Shown: positions 1 to 10,717 of the stretch, piece by piece | Layout: every line of letters starts with the position of its first letter | How positions within the stretch are numbered: position 1 is the stretch's first letter | Source of the DNA: Paramoeba atlantica | Lineage: Eukaryota; Protista; Discosea | DNA length: 64,000 bases | Reading direction: 5' to 3' | Assembly: GCA_977017575.1 (NCBI GenBank) | Contig: CDRNVI010000012.1 | Span: 1,116,001 to 1,180,000 of the forward strand | Translations under genes and position numbers: made by a program | The notes under the pieces: generated by a model | What the model was told of the DNA's origin: nothing | Seen by the model: the letters and a program-made list of their open reading frames with translations, nothing else | Database searches by the model: none

Positions 1-553
1 CCTTCTGCTTTTTGCCTTGCTCCTCCTCCTTCCTCTACGATTTTGCAGATCACAAATGTAACAAGCCTTAGCGTTGATCAAATCACACTCGTTGACGGGT
101 CAACCAAATGGCAGCCACTTCGTTGACAGTCGGGTTTATTGTCAACGAAGTGGCAGTCAATTGGTTGACCCGTCAAAGAAGTAGAGACGTACCCGGATAT
201 TTTACTGTCAACGAAGTGGCAGCCAATTGGTTGACCCGTTCCCAATCCTAACATCTCCGTGGTTCCAAAGCAGATCCTAGGGCTTCTGTTGTTGTTGTTG
301 AGCTCCTTACAGATTCCCATGCGAGGAAGTCGTCGTCGCTACATCGAAAAGGCAGAAGGCTCCGCCTTCTGATTTTTGCCTTGCTCTTCCTCCTTCCTCT
401 ACGATTTTGCAGATCACAAATGTAACAAGCCTTAGCGTTGATCAAATCACACTCGTTAACGGGTCAAACAAATGGCAGCCACTTCGTTGACAGTCGGATT
501 TACTGTCAACGAAGTGGCTGCCATTTGGTTGACCCGTCAACGAAGTAGATACA
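1..553. repeat. Direct repeat (period about 364 bp); each copy contains a ~91-bp palindrome
   Basis: 1-190 recurs at 365-553. The copy at 453-543 has 42-bp inverted arms (2 mismatches) around a 7-nt loop. The first copy is at 89-179 and a half-arm lies at about 201-240. Confidence 0.9.
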
Positions 554-1335
554 TAGCCAAATTTCCTCCCCCTTTTGTAGTTCCGCCTTCAACCCAACAG
601 GTAGTAAATAATGCATTGGAATGATCATTCCCAGGGTTACATTTCACAGGTCGATGTGTAGGGGTGGCATTGTAATGGCATCACGTAAGATGTCGTGATC
701 AATTTCTTACATATGATATGTTTTTTTATAGCTTTTCTAAAATGATCAATCATCTGGCATGCAAAATAAAAAAACTCTTTAAAAATATTTTGATGCAATA
801 CGCAGCATTTAAGCAAAGTATACATTTGTTGGTTTCATTGACAAGTATATTTGATTCTCTATGAACAGTACAACTGAAGCTGCACCGGCCTTTCATTCGT
901 CCAGACGCGGAAAAGTTACAAAGAGTGCTTTGCCTCTAGAATATTCTCTTTCTCGTTTCATAGAAAAAGTAGAAAATCCGCATTCCTCGTGGAAGGCAGA
1001 TAACCCAGCATGTGAGTGGAAAGGAGTGAAATGCGATTTCGGAGGACATTTGCTTTGCTTGGCTTGGGCTAACTATGGCTTGCTTGGGACACTTCTCTGG
1101 CATCATACTCCTCCGATACGAGGAAACTTTTTTGTACATTGTAATTCTTTGCAAGAAAATGTGGATTTGAGTCAACTGGAAGATGCAACAGAGCTGTGCA
1201 ATTTAAGTCACAACAAATTTCAAGGTATGATAGATTTTACGCAATTGCCATCAGGCTTGGATTCACTGTGGCTTTCATACAATGAATTCTCTGGAAAAGT
1301 AGATCTTACAGCCTTGCCCACTGGACTTCGATTGT

Positions 1336-1490
1336 TATTATAGATACAGTTTCTGTACCTTGTTGGTACATTTTGCTAGCCCTTCCTTTCTTTTCCCGGA
1401 AACGGGCATATTCTTACTTTTAAATGCCCGTTTCCGGCTGACGGCTAGCTGGAACTGTCCCTCTTTGTCGCGGAAGTAGGGGACGCACTT
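1336..1490 (+). ncRNA. 5'-truncated spliced leader (SL/mini-exon) RNA gene copy: exon nt ~10-39 plus intron-like stem-loops
   Basis: TATTATAGATACAGTTTCTGTACCTTGTTG|GTAC at 1336-1369 matches 26 of 30 nt of the recalled T. cruzi SL exon 3' part and is followed by the GT donor. A 14-bp stem lies at 1396-1409/1424-1437. The 3' boundary is approximate and no clear Sm site was seen. Confidence 0.8.
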
Positions 1491-1949
1491 CGCACTCTTC
1501 ACCCCTCCCCGGCTCGCTCTCTTCGAGTGAGCTTTCTTCCCTCCCCGGCTCTCTACTTCTCGTGCTTTCTTCTCCCGGGAGCTATGCGCCATGGTGGCCT
1601 CCTTTGAGGACCACTGGGCGTGCTACAGCGGGAGGACACGTTGTATGCGTGTATAGGGGATGCGAACTTGCACCCCTCTCTCCCTACATGCTGTAGCGAG
1701 TGCGGAGGTAACGGACCTCCCCATGATGCATCATGATCCACGATAGACCATCTGACAGCATGAACCCACGGCTTGACCGTGTTGCAGCATGAACCATGGC
1801 TATACGTGCTGTAGCATGACCGATGGGCGACTCGTCTCCTACCTCGCACTCCACTCTCTGTGTGACACCCGTCGTATGCGGGTCATGCGCTGATGGTATC
1901 GGCCGTCACACAGAGAGACGTATCTCTGCGCCACGAGCGTATGATCATA
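1338..1949 (+). mobile_element. SL-headed 612-bp insertion flanked by TA (unclassified)
   Basis: TA at 1336-1337 and 1948-1949. Removal restores the host ORF. No TIRs or poly(A) tail; many hairpins. Confidence 0.65.
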
Positions 1950-2696
1950 ACCCTTCAAAATAACGTATTTTGTGGAACGCTAATTTTAAATTTTCTTCCA
2001 GGTAGCATGAAATTTGTTTCCCTTAGGAACAATCAATTCTCTGGTATACTGCATCTGACTTCCTTGCCCCAGAGTCTACGAAGGATGGATCTGAGTCAAA
2101 ATTCGAAACTAAACGGTGAAATCGATAGGAATTTATTTTCTCCTGATCTCACAATGGTGAGTCTCTAGTTCACCATTTTTTGTCGCAAAAAAATACTCAC
2201 AGCGACTCACAGCGATCTACAGGTACTCAAAGTTTCTGCTATTCCATACAGAATTGCACTCAGTGTTCTAGACTTCTTGTTCAAAAGTTATTTGGTGTAA
2301 AAATAGAATTTACCTTCTCTAAATCTTTTTCTAGAAGATTTTTTTATTTATAAGTAATGTCGGTGTGCTAGCAGCTTCGTTAAAAAGCGGTGGTTGTTGG
2401 TAAACGGGCTTCGCAAATTGCTTCCCACTAACGACGCCGTGTATGGCCTCGCGCGGGCCCTCGCCATACCTCTCCCCTTCGGCTTCACAAATTGTTTCCC
2501 ACTAACGGCGTCACGTATGGCTCAGGCCAGCTCACGCGGGCAAAACCTGGCAAAACTTAACAGGTTTCAACCCTCTTTATTTCTATAGTAATAGAAAATC
2601 AATGAATTTAATCATAGATTCGCATAAATCCTAATTTCTTCTGGTCATCAAAAAGTTTTTTCTTATAAAGTTTCTTATAAAGTTTTTTCTTATTTA

Positions 2697-3003
2697 CTGT
2701 ACCCCTCCTACTTGTTTGTCACTACTTTTCGCGAAAAGGTGACAGATAACTAGGCGGACCAGTGTGCGACAGATAACTAGGGAGGGGGTCTGTCACAAAA
2801 AAAAGGCAGAGCATGGAATTACAGAAACGGTTTTATAATAGCACTACGCACGACCATTCGCTTGAAACACAAAAAGGAAAAATATAAGTTTCATTTTATG
2901 ATTTTTTTTGTCAAAAAGTATTTTACCTATTTTTAAAAAGTGACAGATAACTAGGGGGGGGGAGGGGGGGTGACGTGTGACAGATAACTAGGGGGGGGGA
3001 CAG
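2697..3003. mobile_element. MITE-like element, TA-flanked, imperfect TIRs
   Basis: TA|CTGTACCCCTCCTACTTGTTTGTCA ... TGACAGATAACTAGGGGGGGGGACAG|TA, with four internal GACAGATAACTAGG repeats. Confidence 0.65.
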
Positions 3004-3113
3004 TAATTACAATCATTTATGCAACTCCCAGTAGTCGGTTTACTTTCCCCTAAGCCATTAAGCATGACCAGTCTTTTGAAGTGCCTCTTCCAGTCTTTCG
3101 GGGTTTTCCGACG

Positions 3114-3210
3114 AAAAAAATACTCACAGCTACTCACAGCGAATCACAGCAGCCCACAGCGATTCACAGAAACCCGCACATATCTACAGATACTAACTAC
3201 AGACTCACCA
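3114..3210. repeat. ACTCACAGC(G/T) short tandem repeat; related copy at about 2187-2228
   Basis: AAAAAAATACTCACAGC followed by degenerate 10-mers at both sites. Confidence 0.7.
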
Positions 3211-3513
3211 ATAGTTAAAGAAGGAACGGGAATACTTTCTTGATCACCTGAATTTACTAAGTTTCTGTATCGGTAGGTATGTCAAACTCAAAGTTAAAGC
3301 CTGACTCGTTTTCCCGGATTTTATCGGGATACTTTATTTCTCAGTTTCCTTAAATAGAATGTAAGAAAGAAAGAAAACAAAAGCAGTGAAACAAATTCGG
3401 CTTTCTTTATTTTCTCCTCCGTTGAAAAAGTAAACACGCAAAGTGTGTGCTGCCAAATCCATAATGTTTTTAACTCGAGGTCTATTTTCAGTTATTTTTT
3501 TCTTTTTAATGTC

Positions 3514-3870
3514 ATGCTAGAATCATTTTTCTGCGTACGTGATTTTTTTATTTTGCGCCGTTGGGGTAATAAAATAGAAAATAGTAGGAAAAAGAAATTA
3601 AACGTTCTCAATTCTGCTCAACGCCTTCGTCTTCCCTTACTTGCACAAGCGCCTTGGGGAGCCATTGTGGTCATATCTGCTGCACTTCTTTTTTTTGGGG
3701 CTGATTTCGCCTATGGAGCTTATCGTCGCTACGCGGATCCAACAACAGACAATGAAGAACGAAACCGCGTTCGTGTTCGTAAGCAACAAGAAGCAAAGCA
3801 GTGGGTCCGGGCAGAAACTGTGGCCTATTCAAAAAGTCGTCCGAAAGGATACCGAGGAGAGGATAAATAG
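3514..3870 (+). CDS. Hypothetical small protein with one predicted TM helix
   Basis: Hydrophobic WGAIVVISAALLFFGADFAYGAY followed by a charged tail; same strand as other genes; start uncertain. Confidence 0.35.
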   Translation: MLESFFCVRDFFILRRWGNKIENSRKKKLNVLNSAQRLRLPLLAQAPWGAIVVISAALLFFGADFAYGAYRRYADPTTDNEERNRVRVRKQQEAKQWVRAETVAYSKSRPKGYRGEDK

Positions 3871-4522
3871 AGGGAAATATACACTTTATGTAAATAAATT
3901 AATTAATGGAGACAATGAAGTGTGCCACTTTTTTGGATGACACTGGATGACTAATTTTGTTGATACTCCAGCTTATCTATACCCTCTCACCTTTATAGTT
4001 CATTTGCCAGAACGAACGTTTGCCCGTTCTTCAGGAGAGCATCTGACTTCCGGCTAAGCTCTTTTTTTGATTCGCAGTTTGCTTTTCTTTCGATTTTTTT
4101 CTCTTTTCTAACACCCTTATTGCGCAGGAAATCCCTTTTATACTTTTCGGCTTTCAAAAATAACGAAGCGATAGTGATGGTACGTCTCACTACAAGGTTC
4201 GTTTGTGCCTTCACTCCATGCTCATATCTGTCTTGGACGGCACTCGATCGCACTGGATGACAGTGAACAACTGCAGATTGTCCAATTCAATGATCGTTTT
4301 AGCTTTTCTCTCACACGTTGAACTGGTTGAAGACCGTAAAGGTAGACGTAACAAGCGAAGCTCGTCTAGAAAAGTTCGAAAAACATGAAAAATGATCAGA
4401 AATTGATCACTTTTAGCAGAAATATGATATTTATGCTACAAGCGACACTATTTAAATACGAAATTTTTTGGGTTTTTATCAGCGCCACTTTAATTAAGGC
4501 AACTTTAATTTTCTTTTTTAGG

Positions 4523-4744
4523 TTCTTCGTTAAACGCGGTGGTAGTTTTCAACGCGAAGCGCGCAGCATGAGTGACTTCTAAGTTGAAAGTCTAAATTAA
4601 TTAACGTAAACATTTATTTCTCGTCAGAAATTACGTTAATTAATTTAGGCTCTTCGTTAAACGCGGTGGTTGTTTTCAACTTAGAAGTCATTCATGCTGC
4701 GCGCTTCGCGTTGAAAACTACCACCGCGTTTAACGAAGAGCCTA
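4523..4744. repeat. Two head-to-head termini of a hairpin-ended repeat family forming a nested palindrome
   Basis: 31-bp arms at 4650-4680/4710-4740 (1 mismatch, 29-nt loop), inner 18-bp IR at 4592-4609/4631-4648, and a partial copy at 4523-4589. Confidence 0.9.
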
Positions 4745-4904
4745 AAAAAGAAACATCTCCAAAAGATCATGAATAATCTACTTTTTTTGGGGAAAAAGCT
4801 CGATTTTTCGGCAAAAATTGCGAAATTTTACACCAAATTTGGGCCTTTTTTGATGCCTTCCCATTAGGGGCAGGAGTCGATTCTGTCGAAAAAAACGTCG
4901 CATA

Positions 4905-5845
4905 ATAAACCCCCGCTCACGAAAAGTGACCCCCCTCTCTTTTTTCGTACAAATGTCCGTTTGAGCTGTTTTTTGTTGCATTTTGCAGATCTCAACACAA
5001 GGACTTTGCGCGTGCAGAAATGAGACAAAAAGAAACGAATACGCACAATTTAGAGAAGAATTACCATTTTGTCACTTTTTCGCCCTTCAATCTTATACAC
5101 TCCTTAAGTCGAGAATCAAAACTTAATACTGTTTTGTCGATCACTTTTTGAGTTAAAGAAGACCATGCTTTACATACACATCGGATAAGTGAAGGTTTGT
5201 CCGATGGGGTTTGTTCGTCTACCGCCTCTTGGACCATAGACCAGACGTTTTCTATGGGGGAAAGGTCGGGCGAGTTGGGGGGCCAGTTTCTTAGAACATC
5301 ACTCATTCAATTCTCAATATACTCTTTGGAGGCACGGGCAGTATGTGCCGTTGCCCAATCCTGTTGAAATACACTATTAGGGGGGAAATCTACCTGTTTT
5401 AATGTTTCTGTGTACGTCTCACTTGTAATAGATGTGTCATTGTAGATGTCTCACTTGTAATAGATGGTCACAGGACTCAAAGTGTATTCCCCGCTAGATT
5501 TTTTTTCGTTCAGATATTTTTTGATTATCCTTCTAGAGACGTTAAAATCACGGGATAATTGTTTTATCGGAACACCTTCTGCCTGTCTCATCTTCAACAG
5601 AACCTTACCACTATCCGTAAGCCCCCCTTTTGGGAGCCGATATGGTGATTTGGTCATTTTTGGAAAAAAAAGTTGAAAAACCAATTATGTTTTTTGACTA
5701 AATTTCAAAATCTTAAAATGAGCTAAAAACAGCGGGAACGTACAGATCTCGAAATTTTGAACGAAAAAGTGATACGATAACCCACCGACGCCCCCCTGTG
5801 CTAAAAATAAGGGGGGGTCACTTATTCGTGAGCGGGGGTTTTTAT
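4905..5845 (-). mobile_element. Tc1-like DNA transposon relic, internally deleted, apparent DD35E spacing
   Basis: TIRs AAACCCCCGCTCACGAA(A/TA)AGTGACCCCCC at about 4907-4935 and 5811-5843. HTH-like ORF 5451-5684. Catalytic C-terminus FQQDWATAHTA...*...WPPNSPDLSPIENVW with an in-frame TGA at 5307-5309. Confidence 0.85.
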
Positions 5846-5945
5846 TACTGTGTTTCTCTTTATATTTTCACTGTTTTTGTTCAGTTTTTTTTCAATAATC
5901 GAGGGTAGAGCGGTAGTTATACAACCACCGCAATAAGTTGTTATA

Positions 5946-7665
5946 CTCCCCTTGTCAGAATAAAATACAAATCGATTTTTCGTTGTGGTAAAATCTACCC
6001 CAAAGAAACAGTGCCATTTATACTTTTCAAAAAAAAATCGATTTTTTTTGTGAAATATTTTTTTCCTGAATGCCGTCTGGTAGGCCGTTGTCTGCGAAAC
6101 GAAAGAGTTCAATGACTCATTATGTTTCACAGGGTGGAAGGCCTTCCAATCGTGAGATTGAGCGGCGCGAGGAAGGGTGGAAAGAATTTGTGAGTAATAG
6201 CGGAGAATCTCATATAATGGCTCTTCCGAACATTGTAAGCGAATACATAGAAGAAGCGTCGAACTTGTTCTTCGAAGCCCAGAACTTTCTTTTCATGTCT
6301 TTGGAGGAAAAAATCCGTTCTGTGGCATGTGATGAAGAGTTTGTGGTGAAGATTGGTAGATGGTGTTGTCCAAGCAAAGAAGCAAGAAGATGCCTGGACT
6401 CCTTATTCTACGTTTCGTCGTTGGTTGGATTGCTTGAACATTGTCAACAAATCTTCCAAACGTACCATGAAATTGCTTATCCAGATGATTGGGAGGTTCA
6501 AGGAAAAAACATGATTCTTCGGATTGTCTTTATTGTTTCACATGAGCACAAGGGATCCCCACGGGAAGAACTTATTGTCAACGTGGATGAGACCGGCATT
6601 GCTTACAACAAGCTAGCACAAAGTGGGTTCTGTATGCAGGGTGAAAAACTTTCAAACATCGCAAACTCGGATAAGAGGAGCGCTACACTTCTAGCATGTA
6701 TCGCACTATCAGGCTCTCTTCTTTCACCATTTGTAATTTGGAATGGAAAGCAAGGAAGCTCTCGCGCATCAGTAAAAGAACATTCCCTATCAGTTCAGTA
6801 TCAAACTTCTAACCACTATATCACTGGAGCTATTCTTAAATACGTGGAAAAAAAATTGTTTCCCTATTATGAACGCCAAATTGTCTTTTTGACTGAAAGA
6901 CCATTTCCTGTGCTAGTACTCCTCTGGGACTTGTTCGGTGCATACTTCAAATGAGACAAAGTTATCTTTCACTAGCCAGTGCTGTGTGGGGGGGAAGTAT
7001 CACTGGATACGCATCGTATATGTACCCGCTAGATGCACGGGCAAGCTTCAGCCGTGCGACGTCGGATTATTTAATCGACTAAAGTCGAAACTTTTGCATT
7101 TTCGCATTAAGTCGCTTCTTGAGTACTGCCGAAGTCAAACCCTACAAGGAAAAAGCATCGGAAGCAGCTCATCTATTGGCGGCAAAATATGTAAAAAAAG
7201 GTATTGGAATCACTAGACAATGTCTACCTGGTCTTAAAGGATCCTAAACATATTGAGGCCAATGTAAAAGCTTTCCACGACGTAGGTATATCCATTCAAG
7301 CGCTCACATCTCCCGAGAACATTGTTGAATCTATAAAAAGACAAAGCGTACTATTTAGTCTCAATTATACGACGAGCATCGTATCAGACGATGAAGTGCA
7401 AGAAATTGAAGTAGACGAATACGCACTAGACACGAAGTAAAAGGCAGATTTGTGGATGTATGCTTTTTCTGAATGTGAATGCTTTTTCTTTCTGGGCATT
7501 TATACTTTTTCTCGGCGATTTATACTTTCTCATATTGATTCATCCTTTTTCTGCACGATTGATACTTGTTTGATCCATTTATACTTCTAAAATATAATAT
7601 AAATAGAAATCACCAATTTCCTTTATGTTTTATATTTACTGTATATTTTATTCTGGCAGGGGGAG
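5946..7665 (+). mobile_element. pogo-like (DDE_1) DNA transposon, frameshifted transposase
   Basis: TA|CTCCCCTTGTCAGAATAAAATA ... TATTTTATTCTGGCAGGGGGAG|TA. ORF pieces 6070-6954, 6938-7216 and 7204-7440 carry NVDETG, LLWD and TGKLQPCDVGLF motifs. Confidence 0.85.
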
Positions 7666-7716
7666 TAACCCGTTTTATGAGGTAGAGATTTAGCGAAACG
7701 TTTCTTTTATGCGTTT

Positions 7717-8364
7717 TTAGATGTCCTCTCGCAGCATTGCTTTACAAAATTCAACGCGATTGTTACGCTCGGCCTCTGTTAGAAGAAGTGCGTTTTCTTT
7801 TGAGAGGAGTCTATATCCGTGGTAATATAAAAGGAGGTATCTAATTTTTGTTTTGTGTTCCTCTATACTGGTATCCGGAATAGTATCACTGATTTCTCAG
7901 TTGCATGACTCCGTGACAATGGGTAACTCTATTCGGGGGATGGTTTCTTCAGTGCTCTCCTCGACGTCGGAACTTGAAACTTTTTCTTCCAATATGTTTA
8001 ATAGCTGTCCTTCATATAAAACAGTGGAATCGGGTTGCTCCGTCTTCTCATTGCTATGGTATTCATCAAATCCGCGAGTAGAATCAGTAAAGTTTTCTAT
8101 GGCGTGTTCTTGTTTGGAACTTTCAGACACACCTCGAAGTTCGGTGATTGCTTCGAAAGTCTCCTTATCGCTCCATTCCTCAGTATCACAAGTAGAAGAA
8201 CCAGAGAGATCATCGTCCGGATCCCAATCAAAATCATTTCCTTCACACACAGCAGTTATGTCTGAGGCGGAACTCGATGTTTCAGAAAGTGAGACTGTTT
8301 CGCAAGTGAGCACTTCTGCATCGTCTGATTCGCTATCCAAAAGTTTGAACGTGGAATCAATCAT
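7717..8364 (-). pseudogene. Acidic ORF that continues past a TGA into a Tc1-like linker motif; possible transposon relic
   Basis: Asp/Glu/Ser-rich ORF 7897-8364. The same frame continues after the stop as ...ALLLTEAERNNRVEFCKAMLREDI*. Confidence 0.3.
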
Positions 8365-8956
8365 AAAAAATCAGAAAAAACAAAGGAGTATAAAAGGCAG
8401 ACTATAGTGATATGGCGTAAATGGTCTAATTCGTGAAATTAGAAATATCAAAGCTGTAAATATGAAAGCATAAGTCGAAGAACCCGAAACGACGAAACAA
8501 ATCCGGGTATTTGATTCTCCGACCAAAAAATTAAGCGGTACGGCGGCATGTAGGTAATAAAATTAAAGATCATATTGTAGGAAAAAAGAAACACGAGCTA
8601 ATAACAATTTTAAGCTAGTCACGACGACGTCATACATAATCCACAAAAAACAGAAGACGAAAAGCTCTTTTGGCGCTCTCTAAATGTTACTATATTCTGG
8701 GACGGAGGTGTACCTATACTTTGATAAAATAATGTGACGGGTATGTGGTTTATTATAAATTATATTGTCGCTTTTTTCCGAAATGTGGTGACGGATAACT
8801 ACGGGGGTATAGTACTTGTATTTACAATTAACGTACTTGCAAATTGTGTTCTCACTGTGTTCGGTACTTTTCGATCAATATCACAGGCCAGCATTATTAA
8901 GTTTTTTAACAAACGCTGAAAACAATTTTTTTCTGCATAGTATCTATTAGTCTTCA

Positions 8957-10330
8957 ATGGGTCAGGGAGAACGCCGTGCCGCCATTCTGCGTCGCAGAAC
9001 TGTCGATGAGCAAATTAAATACTGTATTTTGATTGAAGGAGCTTCGATTTTGCGTAAAGAAATTCAGCACAATCCAGAGTCGCAGAGAATACTTCACTGG
9101 TCTTCATGTCTTCCTTCTTCCTATCGTGAACGGATGAACGTTTCGCATGCTTTGGGTGATGGGCAAAAGGCCTCGTTCGACGAGCATGAAACCGACAAAC
9201 AAACCATTGCCCCAGAGGACGGAAGTGTATCTGAATCAGATACTACGGAAGCACAAATCAAGGGTAGTTCCGAATTAGCTTTACAGGTGGGAAATAAAAA
9301 TGTCAGTATTGAAGTAGAAAATCCAGAATTTGTTACAAATCTTTCAAAGGTGTCCAACAAAACGTTTCCATCAAAGGAAGGGATTGAAACGCCCGGAGCA
9401 GAAATTTTAACTGAGATTTCATATTATGAATCACGAAAAAATATTCCGGAAACCGGAATAGACAGTGATGCCAATCCGAATTGTGATTCACATGCTAGGA
9501 ACAAAGACTCTCCACAGAAAAAAGTGTCCAACCGCACCACAGAGCCTTCGCAGGAACTGTCACCCAGTGAGTCACTATCTCGGTGCACCTCCGAGGCGGT
9601 CCGGTTTATTATTGGGGAAAATTTTTCGAAAGCGGTGGCCCGGGGCCTTACGCACCTACAGAAGGATGTAATGGCGTTCTACTGCGTACTACTCGGAATT
9701 ACTGATAAATTGCCTAAAGCAGGAAAGAATATTTTGCTTTGCATGCTTACTAATTTTTTTTACACTTCCCTTTTCGATCGCTATATTGGACCACATAAAC
9801 GGGAGCAACCTTCTCCCCCGCGGGCCACTGCAGTATCATCGGAACTGCCACGGAAATCGAAGCGCATCAAAGACAAAGCCTTTTTGGTGCAAAAAGAGGT
9901 CGCATCAGATACAAGAACTGAAGGTGTGGAGGCAATTGTAAAACCGCGCAAAGCAAAATCCCAAGAAACAAAATATGATTATCATCTCCGGGACGAAGAA
10001 ACTTTTTCTAGATCCTCTTTGACCAACAGCACTGCAGTTAATTTATCTAACACCCCCTTTCCTACGCATGTCGCCAATCATGATATCACTTCGCAGCATG
10101 AGCTTTCTGATCATGAACCTTCGGGTGGGCTTCTTCAAAAGTATGCTCCTTACTTTTATGAAGCATTCGAGAAGTCCCCCATTCTTCCCCTTGCTTCAGT
10201 GCGGGAATGTGTTGCGTTACGCCTTGGTGCAGGCCCCCCTATCACTGAGTTACGATCAGTCGCGCAGCAGCTGCATGACTTGCAACAAATCGCGTATTGT
10301 GTTAGCGATGACATTATGTATGTAATCTAA
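8957..10330 (+). CDS. Hypothetical protein, 457 aa
   Basis: Long ATG-started ORF on the coding strand; no recognised domain. Confidence 0.6.
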   Translation: MGQGERRAAILRRRTVDEQIKYCILIEGASILRKEIQHNPESQRILHWSSCLPSSYRERMNVSHALGDGQKASFDEHETDKQTIAPEDGSVSESDTTEAQIKGSSELALQVGNKNVSIEVENPEFVTNLSKVSNKTFPSKEGIETPGAEILTEISYYESRKNIPETGIDSDANPNCDSHARNKDSPQKKVSNRTTEPSQELSPSESLSRCTSEAVRFIIGENFSKAVARGLTHLQKDVMAFYCVLLGITDKLPKAGKNILLCMLTNFFYTSLFDRYIGPHKREQPSPPRATAVSSELPRKSKRIKDKAFLVQKEVASDTRTEGVEAIVKPRKAKSQETKYDYHLRDEETFSRSSLTNSTAVNLSNTPFPTHVANHDITSQHELSDHEPSGGLLQKYAPYFYEAFEKSPILPLASVRECVALRLGAGPPITELRSVAQQLHDLQQIAYCVSDDIMYVI

Positions 10331-10717
10331 CGAATCAATGGAAATTATCATTGGTGCAATGGACGTGGTACACGCAACGCAAAACTTCGAGAAAAGATTT
10401 GAGCGGTGTCGTATACTAGAATTAAATCCGGATGTCAATGCTATCTCTAGAACTGCGAATTTTTTTCGGACATAACACGTAGAAGTAGACTCGTTGAAAC
10501 CATGATATCTTCATCTATCACCTCTATTTTAGAATCTATTCTTGGAATACATTCTATTCTTCTAGTGTCTCTTCTTCGAATATATTAGGATAGAATTTCT
10601 AACCTACCTGTATGTATCTGCATATTTCATAATCTATTAAACATTGCTCGAAAATCTCCTCCCTAGTCGACCTGAATTTACTTTTTCCCTCACCCCACCC
10701 TCCTACCCCGGACAGTG

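Larger units (their letters stand above)
861..2168 (+). pseudogene. LRR protein gene (LRRNT cap, 23-aa repeats) interrupted by a 612-bp insertion
   Basis: 861-1337 gives ...ACEWKGVKC...LPTGLRLL and 1950-2168 gives TLQNNVFCG...LPQSLRRMDLSQN. Deleting 1338-1949 restores an in-frame 231-aa LRR ORF with correct repeat register. Confidence 0.85.

Noticed and set aside
1580-1700. 5S rRNA or tRNA linked to the SL copy
   Set aside because: Only short, weak similarities (GACCACTGGG; a B-box-like GTTCGCATCC on the minus strand); no full fold.
1338-1949. Insert as a cis-spliced intron
   Set aside because: Ends are not GT-AG; splicing from the GT at 1366 would leave SL nt 12-39, which contains an in-frame TAG.
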